Assembly: GCA_964019335.1 (NCBI GenBank)
Contig: OZ025659.1
Span: 496,001-560,000, forward strand
Reading direction: 5' to 3'
Length of the DNA: 64,000 nt
Source of the DNA: Diplonema japonicum
Lineage: Eukaryota > Protista > Euglenozoa: Diplonemea
Shown here: positions 63,576 through 64,000 of the stretch, in pieces
How the letters are laid out: every line of letters begins with the position of its first letter
Numbering within the stretch: the first letter of the stretch is position 1
Position numbers and translations under genes: made by a program
Notes under the pieces: generated by a model
What the model was told of the DNA's origin: nothing
Databases searched by the model: none
The model's input: only the letters and a program-made list of their open reading frames with translations

Positions 63576-63868
63576 ATGGGTTGTTGTGGATCGAGCGGGA
63601 AAAAAGGAAACACACCGCAGCAGGGCAAACGGCCTAGCAAGAAGACAGAGGAAAAGGAAAAGAAAGAGAGTGCCGGACATACGAACCCAGAATTGGAGAG
63701 ATCACGGGAATCTCTAAAGGGGACTGGGCAAACGGCGAAACGAAGAGAGGTACGATAGTGGGTCCTTTGCACAAATACACGCACAGGAACTTGAAGCCCT
63801 CGGGGAAGCGGAGCTGACTCTCAATAGAGTAGAATCAGTCATGGTGGAAGGAGCTAACAAGGGCGCTG
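63576..63868 (+). CDS. Protein with N-terminal MGCCGSS dual-acylation motif; at least 2 exons, 3' end unresolved
   Basis: ATG 63576; intron 63750-63786 keeps the frame; a further GTATGT donor at 63869 has an ambiguous acceptor. Confidence 0.6.
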
Positions 63869-64000
63869 GTATGTCCAGGATTTCTTTTTTTTTAACATTA
63901 CAAATACAGCATAAGGAGAATGGCTACAGTCAAAAAAAAGAATTCGCCCCCCCCCCCCCCCCATCCCAATGCCCCCTTTTTTCCGAACAGCGAAACGGTG

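Overview
Eukaryotic genomic DNA, most likely a euglenozoan protist such as a diplonemid. This identification is an inference from three things: about 31 protein-coding genes that all lie on the + strand, often only 80-200 bp apart; pyrimidine tracts plus AG upstream of start codons, consistent with polycistronic transcription and SL trans-splicing; and many very short GT-AG cis-introns (18 reconstructed by hand, 35-84 nt plus one of 393 nt). Intergenic DNA is dominated by A/T/G/C homopolymers, so most short and antisense ORFs in the track are artefacts. Recognisable genes: a 5'-truncated SF2 helicase, a ~4950-aa polycystin-1/adhesion-receptor-like protein, regucalcin, an LRR protein, an FCP/SCP-type phosphatase, a split-PH protein, taxilin, a Ubl-ankyrin protein, a BART protein, a Cid1-type nucleotidyltransferase, a FabG4-type ketoreductase, CAF16, tafazzin, REEP/HVA22, NUFIP1, PEX6, a FYVE-cyclin-IQ fusion and an alpha/beta hydrolase. 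Highlights: the unusual giant receptor (11/13-residue repeat stalk, kringle inside REJ, TM hairpin before a non-canonical GPS); cis-introns carrying poly(A) in place of a polypyrimidine tract; a 366-bp TIR element (MITE); a probable bacterial-derived, mitochondrially targeted FabG4; and several intergenic hairpins. All domain calls come from motif recognition by eye, with no database searches.
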